From NCBI RefSeq assembly GCF_009931435.1, contig NZ_CP043414.1: 64,000 bases of DNA; one strand, written 5' to 3'. Both the position numbers and the translations under genes were made by a program. Each line of letters opens with the position of its first letter. The stretch's first letter is position 1. The DNA is from Escherichia coli (GTDB lineage Bacteria > Pseudomonadota > Gammaproteobacteria > Enterobacterales > Enterobacteriaceae). Under the pieces are notes generated by a model. That model worked only from the letters and a program-made list of their open reading frames with translations. It ran no database searches and had not been told where the DNA came from. Of this stretch, positions 1-15,060 are shown one piece after another.

Positions 1-2858
<2,858 letters not shown>

Positions 2859-2865
2859 CTCTCAA

Positions 2866-2985
2866 TTACCGGATGCGATCCGGGCAACAAGTCGGAAACG
2901 ATTTGTAGGCCTGATAAGACGCGACAGCGTCGCATCAGGCATTGATTGCCGGATGCGGCGTATAACGCCTTATCCAGCCTACATT
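2866..2985. repeat. REP/BIME cluster (repetitive extragenic palindromes) downstream of acs
   Basis: gccggatgcggcg...cgccttatccggcctac and gtaggcctgataagacgcg...gcgtcgcatcaggc motifs in inverted copies. Confidence 0.7.
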
Positions 2986-3070
2986 CGGCGAGGGTTACCT
3001 GGGCGTTAACCCGCTCCCATAAGGGCGCGGGAATTAAAACAATCCCTACATTACCTCTGGAGAATCTGTG

Positions 3071-5031
<1,961 letters not shown>

Positions 5032-5209
5032 TCTCTCCCCTTCCCCGGTCGTCTGACCGGGGAATACTCTTCCTCTCCAATATGCATCATCTTTTCCCAT
5101 AATATTAAACAAATAAACTCATTAAAAAAATGAGCGATTTTTGACAGTCGTAGAAAATGATAATGCAGAGAATATGCCTTTTCTTTCTTGTTAATTATAA
5201 GGATATTTT

Positions 5210-6502
5210 ATGCGCTATAATGGTTTAAATAATATGTTTTTCCCTCTTTGCCTGATTAACGATAACCACCCTGTCACAAGTCCATCACATACAAAGAAAA
5301 CAGAATCAGATAATTATAGCAAACATCATAAAGACACGTTAATTGACAATAAAGCCCTCTCTCTTTTCAAAATGGATGATCATGAAAAAGTGATAGGCTT
5401 GATTCAGAAAATGAAAAGAACTTATGATACTTTACCATCAGGAAAAATCACTAAAGAAACGGACAGGAAAATTCATAAATATTTTATAGATATAGCTTTA
5501 TACGCAAGTAATAAATATGACGATAGAATTACGAGAAGAGTTTACCTTAATAAAGATAAGGAAGTGTCAATTAAGGTAGTGTATTTTATAAATAATGTCA
5601 CTGTCCATAATAATACTATCGAAATCCCACAGACAGTAAATGGTGGTTACGATTTTTCACACCTTAGCCTGAAAGGTATCAGGATTAAAGATGAAGATTT
5701 ATCCAATTCGGATTTTGCAGGTTGCAGACTACAAAATGCTATTTTCCAGGGCTGTAATATGTATCAAACGAATTTTAATTTTGCCATAATGGAAAAAATA
5801 ATTTTTGATAATTGTATTCTCGATGACTCAAATTTCGCTCAGATAAAAATGACTGACGGAACTCTAAATGCATGCTCCGCTATGCATGTTGAATTCTTCA
5901 ATGCAACAATGATTAGAGCTAAAATTAAAAATACCTTCCTTGACTATTCAAATTTTTATATGGCGTACATGGCTGAGGTGAATCTTTATAAAGTAATAGC
6001 GCCATATGTTAATTTATTTAGAGCCGACCTTAGTTTCTCTAAACTCGATTTAATTAACTTTGAACATGCTAATCTTTCTCGCGTCAACCTGAACAAAGCA
6101 ACCCTCCAGAATATAAACTTAATTAATAGCAAACTCTTTTTTACGCGGCTGACAAATACGTTCCTCGAAATGGTTATATGTACCGATTCTAATATGGCTA
6201 ATGCTAATTTTAATAATGCCAATTTAAGCAATTGCCATTTCAACTGTTCTATTTTAACAAAAGCCTGGATGTTTAATACCCGTTTCTATCGGGTTAATTT
6301 CGATGAGGCTATCGTCCAGGGAATGGGCATATCCATTCTCCGTGGGGAGGATAATATTCCCATTAATAGTGATATCCTGATAACACTACAGCAACTCTTT
6401 GAAGAGGATTGTGCCACTCATACTGGCATGTCACAAACTGAGCATAATATTCAGGAAGTGTCTATGAATACCACTGAAGATACTATGCAATACGCAGATT
6501 GA
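5210..6502 (+). CDS. yjcF: Pentapeptide-repeat protein, 430 aa, AT-rich gene
   Basis: 430 aa; long run of pentapeptide-like repeats (…SNSDFAGCRLQNAIFQGCNMYQTNFNFAIMEKIIFDNCILDDSNFAQ…); position and size match K-12 yjcF; markedly lower GC than neighbours. Confidence 0.8.
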   Translation: MRYNGLNNMFFPLCLINDNHPVTSPSHTKKTESDNYSKHHKDTLIDNKALSLFKMDDHEKVIGLIQKMKRTYDTLPSGKITKETDRKIHKYFIDIALYASNKYDDRITRRVYLNKDKEVSIKVVYFINNVTVHNNTIEIPQTVNGGYDFSHLSLKGIRIKDEDLSNSDFAGCRLQNAIFQGCNMYQTNFNFAIMEKIIFDNCILDDSNFAQIKMTDGTLNACSAMHVEFFNATMIRAKIKNTFLDYSNFYMAYMAEVNLYKVIAPYVNLFRADLSFSKLDLINFEHANLSRVNLNKATLQNINLINSKLFFTRLTNTFLEMVICTDSNMANANFNNANLSNCHFNCSILTKAWMFNTRFYRVNFDEAIVQGMGISILRGEDNIPINSDILITLQQLFEEDCATHTGMSQTEHNIQEVSMNTTEDTMQYAD

Positions 6503-6592
6503 GATTAAGCCGAAGAATAGCCAATGAATTGACTTTAAAAGAGAGATACTCACGGACTTCTGACTTATTTATTTTAGAATCATGAATGTTAG

Positions 6593-6648
6593 CCCGAGGT
6601 AATCTGAAAAAGGTGCAAAAGATTGCACCTTTTTCAGATTACCTCGGG
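6593..6648. terminator. Perfect 26-bp stem hairpin between convergent yjcF and yjcE
   Basis: cccgaggtaatctgaaaaaggtgcaa / aaga loop / ttgcacctttttcagattacctcggg; arms exactly complementary. Confidence 0.6.
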
Positions 6649-6669
6649 CCTGGTTACGTCGCTTTCGGC

Positions 6670-8319
6670 TTACTGATTTTCCTCAATCAGCAATGCTTCA
6701 AGCAAATCGAGATCGTGCAGTAATTTTTGCAGCGTTTCATTGCTGATCTCCCGCGTGGCGCGCAGGTGGTACAGTTCAGCACGTTCAGAACGCAATGCCG
6801 CCAGACGGAAGCGACGCTCAAGGTTCTCTTCCTGCACGGAACTTTCAACGTCGTTACGTCCATCGGCGCGACGACGCAGGTTACCAATGACGCGAGAACT
6901 GACCTCCGTGAGCAGCTGGTTATCGATATTCTCTTCGGTATCCGCCGCCAGACGCTCCTCCATTTTCTGGATTGCCACAATCGCCACTTCTGCCGTTGCC
7001 GCTCGCGCAATACGCTCCTCTTTCAACTGCTGCGAATGGTCTGCGACTTCAATGTGTTGCAGCAGAATGGGCAACATCACCACGCCGACAAACAGCGAAA
7101 AGAGAATGACGCCAGCCGCCAGGAACACCAACTCATAGCGCGCCGGGAAGACGTTGCCATCCGGCAAGAGTAGCGGGATAGAGAGCACACCGGCTAGTGT
7201 GATCGCCCCACGCACCCCGGCAAAAGACGCAATCAGGATTTCTCGTGTGGTCCACGAACCAAACTCCATCGGCTTCTTCTTCAGGAAACGGTTGCTGAAC
7301 TTTTTCATCGTCCACAGCCAGCCAAAACGGACCAGCATCAGCGCCGCATAAATCAGAATGATATCGGTAAACAGCATCCAGATTTCGACGTTAGGGTCGA
7401 TTTCTGCCGCCATCAGCGACGTCTCCAGAATACCCGGCAGCTGCAGACCTAACAGCAGGAACACCATGCCGTTAAAGACAAATTCCAGCATCGCCCAGGT
7501 GCTGTTTGCGCGCAGGCGCATTGCCAGCGGCGCACGGCGCATCACACCGGAGCGGGTGATGGTCATCCCGGCGGCAACCGCAGCGAGGATGCCGGAAACG
7601 CCAATATGTTCGGCAATCAGATAAGAAGCGAATGGCAGCAAGAACAGCAGAACAATCTGCGTCGCGGGTTCATCACCGCCCCAGCGGCTGAGGAATCGCA
7701 GCGAACGACCATACAGCCAGCTCACCACAAAACCGGCGAGAATACCGCCTATTGCCACTTTCATAAATTCCACCGTTGCACCGCCGACGGTGAAGATCAT
7801 CGTCCCCATCGCCACTGCCACAGCAAACTTTAATGACACCAGGCCGGAGGCGTCATTCATCAACGCTTCGCCCTGCAAAATACCCATGATTTTTTTCGGG
7901 ATGCGCCCTTCGCCAACAATACCGGAAAGCGCCACAGCATCGGTCGGAGAAAGCACCGCCGCCAGCGCAAAGGCGGGAATCAGCGGAATGCCCGGCACCA
8001 CCCAGTAAATAAGGAAGCCAATGCCAACCACGGTGACCACCACCAGCGCCAGCGCGAGGCCGAAAATCTCCCGACCATGTTCGAGAAATTCACGGGTCGG
8101 CGTTTTCCAGCCATCTGCGAACAGCAACGGCGGGATAAACAAGACTAAAAAGAGTTCAGGATCAAACTCCACATGCAAACCAAACGTCGGCCACGCCAGT
8201 AGCGCACCGATGGCGATTTGCATAAGCGGAAGCGGGATCTGAAAGGGCATGACACGAGTGACCACCCCGGACAGCGAGACCACGAGGGTCATTATCAGTA
8301 TGGTGAAGAAGATTTCCAT
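6670..8319 (-). CDS. yjcE: Na+/H+ (cation/proton) exchanger, CPA1 family, 549 aa
   Basis: 549-aa polytopic membrane protein with hydrophilic C-terminal tail; synteny with K-12 yjcE. Confidence 0.9.
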   Translation of the reverse strand: MEIFFTILIMTLVVSLSGVVTRVMPFQIPLPLMQIAIGALLAWPTFGLHVEFDPELFLVLFIPPLLFADGWKTPTREFLEHGREIFGLALALVVVTVVGIGFLIYWVVPGIPLIPAFALAAVLSPTDAVALSGIVGEGRIPKKIMGILQGEALMNDASGLVSLKFAVAVAMGTMIFTVGGATVEFMKVAIGGILAGFVVSWLYGRSLRFLSRWGGDEPATQIVLLFLLPFASYLIAEHIGVSGILAAVAAGMTITRSGVMRRAPLAMRLRANSTWAMLEFVFNGMVFLLLGLQLPGILETSLMAAEIDPNVEIWMLFTDIILIYAALMLVRFGWLWTMKKFSNRFLKKKPMEFGSWTTREILIASFAGVRGAITLAGVLSIPLLLPDGNVFPARYELVFLAAGVILFSLFVGVVMLPILLQHIEVADHSQQLKEERIARAATAEVAIVAIQKMEERLAADTEENIDNQLLTEVSSRVIGNLRRRADGRNDVESSVQEENLERRFRLAALRSERAELYHLRATREISNETLQKLLHDLDLLEALLIEENQ

Positions 8320-8470
8320 GCGTTCCCTGTTTGCGATGTTTTTTTATGATCTGAGAAAGGCGTTATGCCTGAATTCTCATTTTTTCAGAATATCGCAAAA
8401 GCTCACACAATGTGCGGAGAAAATAAAAACGGGCAGCCATTGCCACCCGTTTTCAGAATCTTATTAAAGC

Positions 8471-9820
8471 TTAGATAGCCCAGCCGCCCGCATAGAAGGT
8501 CACCAGCGCCACGGCGATAACGACCGTACCGATGTTCAACTTGCGCCATTCGCCGGAAACCAGACGACCAATCACCAGAGTCGCGAAGCCGATCATGATG
8601 CCTGTTACGATGTTACAGGTCAGCACGATGAATACCGCCGTAACCAGACCCGCCATCGCATCAACAAAATCAGCAAAGTCGATTTTCGCCACGTTGCTCA
8701 GCATCAGCAGGCCAACGTACATCAGCGCTGGAGCCGTTGCGTACCCAGGAACGAGGTAAGAGAGTGGAGAGAGGAACAGAATCAGCAGGAACAACACGCC
8801 AACGGTGATAGCCGTCAGACCGGTTTTTCCGCCCGCCGCTGTACCCGCCGCAGACTCGATGTATACCGCTGCCGGTGCTGCCCCCACCAGACCAGAGAAA
8901 ACACTGCTCATGGAGTCGGTGGTCAGTGCTTTCCCGCCGTCGATAATTTGCCCGTCTTTATCCAGCAGGTTTGCCTGGCCCGCGACGGCCCGGATGGTTC
9001 CGGTGGCATCGAAAACAGCAGTCATCACCAGTGCCAGCACGCTCGGCAGAACCACAGGGTTCAGCGCGCCCATAATGTCCAGGCTGCCAATCAGTGAATT
9101 GCCGTTTTCATCGCTCAATGAAGGCATGGCGAAAACGCCAGAGAAGTGGACGTTAGGATCGAAGATCAAACCGACAATTGAGATACCGATAATGGTCAGC
9201 AGAATGCCACCAGGGACTTTCAGTTTTTCCAGGCCGATGATCACCGCCAGACCTACCAGTGACATAATCACCGGGAAGGTCGCGAAATCACCCAGCGCAA
9301 CGGGCAGACCATCAAGCGGGTTTTTAATCACCAGACCGACACCATTAGCGGCAATGAGCAGCAGGAAAAGACCGATACCGATCCCCGTGCCGTGCGCCAC
9401 ACCGTGCGGCAAGTTGCGCAAAATCCAGCTACGAATACCCGTGGCAGAAATTATCGTAAACAGCACACCCATCAGGAACACGGCACCCAGCGCGACAGGT
9501 ACGCTAATATGTTGCCCCAGCACCAGACTGAATGCGGTAAACGCCGTCAGGGAGATGGCGCAACCAATCGCCAACGGCAGATTAGCCCACAGACCCATCA
9601 CGATAGAACCGAGTCCGGCAACCAGACAGGTCGCAACGAAAACTGCCGCAGGCGGGAAGCCCGCTTTACCCAACATGCCTGGAACGACGATAACCGAGTA
9701 GACCATCGCCAGAAACGTTGTTAACCCGGCAACCACTTCCTGACGGACAGTGCTTCCACGTTGTGAAATTTTAAACCAGGCGTCGAGTGAACCGCCGGTA
9801 CGCGCTGATGGCGTAGACAT
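8471..9820 (-). CDS. ghxP: Guanine/hypoxanthine permease (NCS2/AzgA-like), 449 aa
   Basis: 449-aa membrane protein [50 protein letters not shown]...; synteny (K-12 yjcD/ghxP). Confidence 0.9.
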   Translation of the reverse strand: MSTPSARTGGSLDAWFKISQRGSTVRQEVVAGLTTFLAMVYSVIVVPGMLGKAGFPPAAVFVATCLVAGLGSIVMGLWANLPLAIGCAISLTAFTAFSLVLGQHISVPVALGAVFLMGVLFTIISATGIRSWILRNLPHGVAHGTGIGIGLFLLLIAANGVGLVIKNPLDGLPVALGDFATFPVIMSLVGLAVIIGLEKLKVPGGILLTIIGISIVGLIFDPNVHFSGVFAMPSLSDENGNSLIGSLDIMGALNPVVLPSVLALVMTAVFDATGTIRAVAGQANLLDKDGQIIDGGKALTTDSMSSVFSGLVGAAPAAVYIESAAGTAAGGKTGLTAITVGVLFLLILFLSPLSYLVPGYATAPALMYVGLLMLSNVAKIDFADFVDAMAGLVTAVFIVLTCNIVTGIMIGFATLVIGRLVSGEWRKLNIGTVVIAVALVTFYAGGWAI

Positions 9821-10234
9821 AAGAAAACATCCCCTGAGAGTTTAATTTTCGTCAAGATGCGTGGCGGACAATCCCCTGCCAGCGAAACGTTATCTTCCTG
9901 CTCCAGGTTTGCGACAAATTGGTGCGTCGCAAAAACGCAAACGTTTAGCTCCGCGCATACAAAACGGGTGGTAAAAAAAGCAAACGATTATCCGGCGATC
10001 ATAGCGGCTTTTTCAACCGAAGTTTGCTGCTTTTTTCTCTTTTATTGTCTTGACGATGAAAAACCAGGCAATTGATGCGCAAACGTTATCGTCGATGCGC
10101 AAGATTGCAGCGTTATCGAACCGTATACCGTTCAGGATTGCGATAAAAAATCGTCTGAGATGACAAAAATATTGCGGCTAAAAAGTGTACTTTTACACTG
10201 GCGAAGAAACGCCGGTAACATACAATTAAAGCAT

Positions 10235-10375
10235 CAACACCAACCGGAACCTCCACCACGTGCTCGAATGAGGTGTGTTGACGTCGGGGGAAACCCTCCT
10301 GTGTACCAGCGGGATAGAGAGAAAGACAAAGACCGGAAAACAAACTAAAGCGCCCTTGTGGCGCTTTAGTTTTGT
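10235..10375 (+). ncRNA. ryjA: Candidate small RNA at the K-12 ryjA position (placement by synteny only)
   Basis: K-12 carries a ~140-nt sRNA between soxR and ghxP, convergent with soxR. Here a hairpin plus T-run at 10347-10375 could end a plus-strand transcript. Sequence not verified against ryjA. Confidence 0.25.
10347..10367. terminator. Hairpin at soxR 3' end (bidirectional terminator candidate)
   Basis: aaagcgcc-cttgt-ggcgcttt with T-rich flanks on both strands, overlapping the soxR stop codon. Confidence 0.5.
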
Positions 10376-10830
10376 TCATCTTCCAGCAAGCGTGCGCCGG
10401 TACCTTCTTCTCCTAATCGGTCGCCCGGGTTACGCAACGGGCAATCACTGCGCGAAAGGCAGCCACAACCAATACATCCATCCAGTTCGTCACGCAGCGC
10501 CACTAAGGTATGAATGCGCCGATCCAACTCTTCTCGCCATTGGGACGAAAGCTGTTTCCACTCTTTCGCACTTAACGTATGCCCTTCGGGCAACACGCCA
10601 AATGCTTCACGAATGGTCGCCAGCGGAATGCCAATACGCTGAGCAATTTTGATGATTGCGACATATCGCAACACATCACGTTTATATCGCCGCTGATTGC
10701 CACTATTACGGATACTGCTAATCAACCCTTTGCTTTCATAGAAATGCAGCGCCGATACCGCCACACCGCTGCGTTTTGCCACTTCGCCGGGGGTTAGCAG
10801 CGCTTTAATGCGGGGTAATTTCTTTTCCAT
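10366..10830 (-). CDS. soxR: Redox-sensitive transcriptional activator SoxR (MerR family, [2Fe-2S]), 154 aa
   Basis: [37 protein letters not shown]...; C-terminal cysteine cluster [17 protein letters not shown]. Confidence 0.95.
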   Translation of the reverse strand: MEKKLPRIKALLTPGEVAKRSGVAVSALHFYESKGLISSIRNSGNQRRYKRDVLRYVAIIKIAQRIGIPLATIREAFGVLPEGHTLSAKEWKQLSSQWREELDRRIHTLVALRDELDGCIGCGCLSRSDCPLRNPGDRLGEEGTGARLLEDEQN

Positions 10831-10841
10831 AAATCGCTTTA

Positions 10842-10859
10842 CCTCAAGTTAACTTGAGG
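10842..10859. promoter_or_regulatory. SoxR-binding palindrome in the soxS promoter
   Basis: Perfect 18-bp palindrome cctcaagttaacttgagg in the 85-bp soxR/soxS divergent spacer, at the position of the SoxR box in K-12. Confidence 0.85.
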
Positions 10860-10915
10860 AATTATACTCCCCAACAGATGAATTAACGAACTGAACACTG
10901 AAAAGAGGCAGATTT

Positions 10916-11239
10916 ATGTCCCATCAGAAAATTATTCAGGATCTTATCGCATGGATTGACGAGCATATTGACCAGCCGCTTAACATTGATGTCGTCGCAA
11001 AAAAATCAGGCTATTCAAAGTGGTACTTACAGCGGATGTTCCGCACGGTGACGCATCAGACACTTGGTGATTACATTCGCCAACGCCGCCTGTTACTGGC
11101 CGCCGTTGAGTTGCGCACCACCGAGCGTCCGATTTTTGATATCGCAATGGACCTTGGTTATGTCTCGCAGCAGACTTTTTCCCGCGTTTTCCGTCGGCAG
11201 TTTGATCGCACTCCCAGCGATTATCGCCACCGCCTGTAG
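10916..11239 (+). CDS. soxS: Superoxide-response regulator SoxS (AraC/XylS family), 107 aa
   Basis: MSHQKIIQDLIAWIDEHIDQPLNIDVVAKKSGYSKWYLQRMFRTVTHQTLGDYIRQRRLLLAAVELRTTERPIFDIAMDLGYVSQQTFSRVFRRQFDRTPSDYRHRL. Confidence 0.95.
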   Translation: MSHQKIIQDLIAWIDEHIDQPLNIDVVAKKSGYSKWYLQRMFRTVTHQTLGDYIRQRRLLLAAVELRTTERPIFDIAMDLGYVSQQTFSRVFRRQFDRTPSDYRHRL

Positions 11240-11241
11240 TT

Positions 11242-12828
11242 TTATTGCCTGCGCGTTAACCCCCGCGCGGGTAATTGCTCCATCCATTGCATAAACACCT
11301 GCGGCGGCATCGCCTTCGCAAAGAACCATCCCTGGCAATAACGCACGCCGCGTTTACGCAACCAGTTAACCTGATCCTCAGTTTCTACCCCTTCTGCGAT
11401 CGTTTTTAACCCCAGACTGTGCGCCAGCTCGATGATGTGTTCCGCAATCAAATGACTGGTTTTATGGGTGGTCAGCGTCTCAACAAACGATTTATCGATT
11501 TTCAAAATATCGACATTCAATGATTTAAGGTTATGCAAGTTAGAGTAGCCAATACCAAAATCATCAATTGCCACTTCGTAACCAGCCTGGCGGAAAGCCA
11601 GAATAATTGGTGTCATTTTGTCGACATCAAGAAATGCATGTTCAGTCACTTCAAATTTAATTTGCTGTGGACGCACCGCGTATTGCTCTGTTTTCTGATT
11701 GGTTCGCGCTATCAACCGTGACGTATGAAAATCGGAGGCCGACAGGTTAATAGAAACATAGCGATCGGCATGTGTTGCCAGGTACGCGCCCAGATCGCGG
11801 AAGACATTATCAATAACATAATCAGTTACCTGTCCGATCATTCCCTCCTTTTCTGCCAGCGGAATAAACTCTGCCGGATTCATTACTTGCCCCTGCTCAC
11901 CAGGCCAACGTAACAATGCTTCAGCGCCGATACATTTTTCTGTTTTGATATCGATTATTGGCTGGTAATAAAGGCAAAGTTGATGTTTTTCGAGGGCGCG
12001 TTGCAATTTGCGTTTGGGAGACAAATAGTTTTGTCGAATACGTAGCCAGAGTAATAACAGAACAAGACTCCCCAAAATACCGGCGGGTAACGCAAAAATA
12101 AGATGATTATAAAAATGCGCTATAAGACGTTGATATGAAGTCGCAACAATGGCTGCAATTGGGCGTTTTGTCGAATAAACTGTCGCATATAAATAGCCAT
12201 TTCTTTGTACGGTTAAATCATTCAAATGAATCAGTGGAGAAAACGTTGCTGCCGAGGCCTCGTTGCTTAACGAGAAAAAGGTTTTCGTTACCGTATCATA
12301 CACACCCCATTGCAATGTCGGATCATCAGACATCACTTCACTCCAGAAGAGAGGGTTGATGACCACCACATAATTTCCCCGCTGCATATAGGTCATTTTA
12401 TAGCCAGAGAAAAAAGGCGTATCGCGGTAATAATAGATAGAAACCTTAGGTTCACGCTTATAATCGGCCGGTGCAATCGTATAGCCGTTTACAGGCGCTA
12501 TCAGCGATGAGCATAAAAAATGGTTATCACGGGCATAGATCAATTCATTAATATAAAGATAGCCACGAATAATATTCAACATTCGCTTTTGATGGGCTGG
12601 AGTGCAAACTTGCCCCTGATAGCGTTCTGCTGCATCGCTCACTAAATCTGCCTGGCGAATGACCAGCTCGGATTTATCCAGCGCCAGCTGAGCAAAAGTT
12701 TGGAGCTGACTATTCACTTCTGATTTTGCCCAAAGGAAGGCAATCCATAGCGACAGTATGATGGGAAAGAGAACTAAAAAGATAATGCCCGGCAACGCCA
12801 GTAATTGGTGTCGTGCACGATGACTCAT
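11242..12828 (-). CDS. pdeC: c-di-GMP phosphodiesterase (CSS sensor domain plus EAL domain), about 528 aa
   Basis: Two TM segments flanking a periplasmic domain, then EAL domain (…EALLRWP…, …[27 protein letters not shown]…). Start set at [10 protein letters not shown] (track ORF starts 3 codons upstream). Stop lies 2 nt from soxS stop (convergent). Confidence 0.9.
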
Positions 12829-13257
12829 TGCTATCAATTTCCTGCCTGTTTATACCCGGTCATTGCAAGGCGAGAACCCTGGTTATCGACGTCTTTAGAT
12901 AAATCTTACGGTATAAATAGCACTTTTGCCTGATTTGAAATTGATACCTTTTTAATCGTCACCTGAATAAAAATAATTCATTGATATTCAAAATTAATTT
13001 TCTACAGGAATACAGAGGCGGCGGGAAGATATACCCTTAATGCCCCTGAAAAACCACATAATCTGTACAGCAATAAAAGTCACGTCCTAATATGGCTAAC
13101 AAACAATCAATTGTGATATAGTTCACAAAATTAATGAAACAAAAAGAGTGTTTCATTTTTGTGTTCTGCAAGCCCCGCGATAGCCAGAGTGTACCACGCC
13201 TCCCGTGAACAACGCCGCGCTGTCCAGGGCATCGGCTCTTTTCAGAGGAATTGTTTG

Positions 13258-13539
13258 ATGGCTACCCTCACCACTGGCGTGGTTCTTCTTCGCTGGCAAC
13301 TTCTTAGTGCCGTAATGATGTTTCTGGCCAGCACACTCAACATCCGTTTTCGCAAATCAGATTATATTGGTCTTGCGGTGATTAGCAGCGGCCTGGGCGT
13401 TGTTTCTGCCTGCTGGTTCGCTACCGGATTGCTCGGTATTACCATGATGGATATTACCGCTATCTGGCACAACATTGAGTCGGTGATGGTGGAAGCCATA
13501 AATCAGGCGCCACCTGAATGGCCAATGATTATGACCTGA
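13258..13539 (+). CDS. yjcB: Small inner-membrane protein YjcB, 93 aa
   Basis: MATLTTGVVLLRWQLLSAVMMFLASTLNIRF... preceded by gaggaa ribosome-binding site; track ORF begins 33 codons upstream. Confidence 0.7.
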   Translation: MATLTTGVVLLRWQLLSAVMMFLASTLNIRFRKSDYIGLAVISSGLGVVSACWFATGLLGITMMDITAIWHNIESVMVEAINQAPPEWPMIMT

Positions 13540-13548
13540 TGGCGGGAG

Positions 13549-13580
13549 TTTGTGCAGGATCCCCGGTGATTCTGCACAAA
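13549..13580. terminator. Inverted repeat between convergent yjcB and island porin gene
   Basis: tttgtgcag ... ctgcacaaa (9-bp arms, 14-nt loop); weak terminator candidate at the left island junction. Confidence 0.4.
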
Positions 13581-13594
13581 CAAATGATTAAGAC

Positions 13595-14956
13595 CTACAG
13601 TTTGATTGTAATCTGAGTTCCCACAACCCAGGCGTCGTCGATTTCACTCACCCCACCGGGATCAATCAGCAACTGCACATTGGGTCGCAATGTTAACCAC
13701 GGCGTCACCACAAAACTGTAATGCAATTCTGCCGCATACTCAGCGTCTCTTACTGGCGTCCAGGCGGGATTATCATAATCATCAAGACCCTTTTTATCAT
13801 TGAGCAATTGCGCCCGTCTGGCTACTTTACTGTTTTCGTGCATTTTGCTGACGCCAAAGCCAATGTAATCCTGCCCCCGACCGGAAAATGGCCCTTTATA
13901 AATAGCGCCAATTTGCGTCTGGTAATCCATTGTCGCAGTATCCCGATCATTCATCGCCAGATGCCAGAACAGAGAAAGGCCACCACGAGGAGAACGGGGA
14001 TCAGCAGTCACTTGCTGGAGTAAGTAGATCCAGCCACCGTAACGCCCATCGTGAGTCGCCGGGGGACGTTGGCTCGTAACGTAGTCATCGCCTTCTGCAT
14101 CCTTCAGGACGTCACTGGCTTTTGCTGTGTTATACCAGGCTCCTACTTTCCAGGCACCCGGAAGTTTATTCGCACCCAGCGTTGGTGTATACCCAAATTC
14201 CATAAGGTACATATTTCCTAATCTTCCAGTATTATCCAACTGGAAACTGCCGCTTCGCGTCGCATAATTTGGGTTATACATAAACGCGCCGGTCTGCAAA
14301 TAAACTTGCGGTGTAAAATTATAACGTAACCTGGCCCCCCACTGACCAATCGGTGTGTTATACCAGACTCCCGCACCATGACCTGCCAACGAACCACAGA
14401 GGGAAAGGTTCTGGAAATAACAACCATTGTTATCGAAGTCTTCGCCAACCGGCATTAATCCTAACTTTAAATCAATCGTTTTTGCATACCATGATTGACG
14501 ATACCAGAATTGCGCGGCATGCCAGGTTTGACCCCGGCCATAGTTACTGTTTACCGTCGAGCCAATCACTGGGGCTCGAGGATCCTGAATTCTGTCGCTG
14601 GTAAGATCGCGGCCGTTACGATCGATAACAGAGACTTTAAACTCTCCATCCGTGATACCCGCAATTTTTTGCAGATCAAAATCGGCACCGATAATATACT
14701 GGTCGCTATATCGCGCCGTCCGATCCTTGTTATAACCGCCTGAAATATTCGATGTCACCATCGAGCCATATTCCAGAGTAAAATCATATCCTTTGTTTTT
14801 TAACTCACTACGCACTCCATTCCAATCTCCAGCCATATATTTTCCGGTTGAGGAAAAAGGTAACTCATTGGCTAACGAACCAAATGGGAACATCAGTATC
14901 ATCAGGAAAATATAATTTTCCCGTATAGAATGATCCATATTATTTATCCTTTGCAA
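13595..14956 (-). CDS. Accessory island gene 1: outer-membrane porin-like protein (OprB/carbohydrate-selective or OprD-like; family uncertain), 453 aa or shorter
   Basis: Signal-peptide-like N-terminus (…FLMILMFPFGSLA|NELP…); mature part rich in Gly/Tyr/Asn/aromatic residues with alternating hydrophobicity typical of beta-barrel porins; N-terminal GDWNGVRSELKNKGYDF…NISGG resembles the OprB-family start as I recall it. True start may be the internal MDHS. Confidence 0.6.
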   Translation of the reverse strand: MQRINNMDHSIRENYIFLMILMFPFGSLANELPFSSTGKYMAGDWNGVRSELKNKGYDFTLEYGSMVTSNISGGYNKDRTARYSDQYIIGADFDLQKIAGITDGEFKVSVIDRNGRDLTSDRIQDPRAPVIGSTVNSNYGRGQTWHAAQFWYRQSWYAKTIDLKLGLMPVGEDFDNNGCYFQNLSLCGSLAGHGAGVWYNTPIGQWGARLRYNFTPQVYLQTGAFMYNPNYATRSGSFQLDNTGRLGNMYLMEFGYTPTLGANKLPGAWKVGAWYNTAKASDVLKDAEGDDYVTSQRPPATHDGRYGGWIYLLQQVTADPRSPRGGLSLFWHLAMNDRDTATMDYQTQIGAIYKGPFSGRGQDYIGFGVSKMHENSKVARRAQLLNDKKGLDDYDNPAWTPVRDAEYAAELHYSFVVTPWLTLRPNVQLLIDPGGVSEIDDAWVVGTQITIKL

Positions 14957-15060
14957 TCCGAATATAACATTCAGAGAAGCGCTACTGGCAAATATTTCTT
15001 AATGCTGGTGAAACACAGAAATTCTCTGGCAGGCCGATCCTTTCTTCCCGGTCAGTACGG

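Noticed and set aside
8532-9724. 298-aa and 110-aa plus-strand ORFs antisense to ghxP (8805-9701, 9392-9724, 8532-8759)
   Set aside because: Completely contained in the ghxP coding region on the opposite strand; low-complexity Pro/Ala/Thr/Arg-rich translations; no ribosome-binding site.
9857-10348. Small ORFs (72, 62, 88 aa) in the soxR-ghxP spacer
   Set aside because: Short, overlapping each other on both strands, no ribosome-binding sites; the region more plausibly holds the ghxP promoter and a small RNA.
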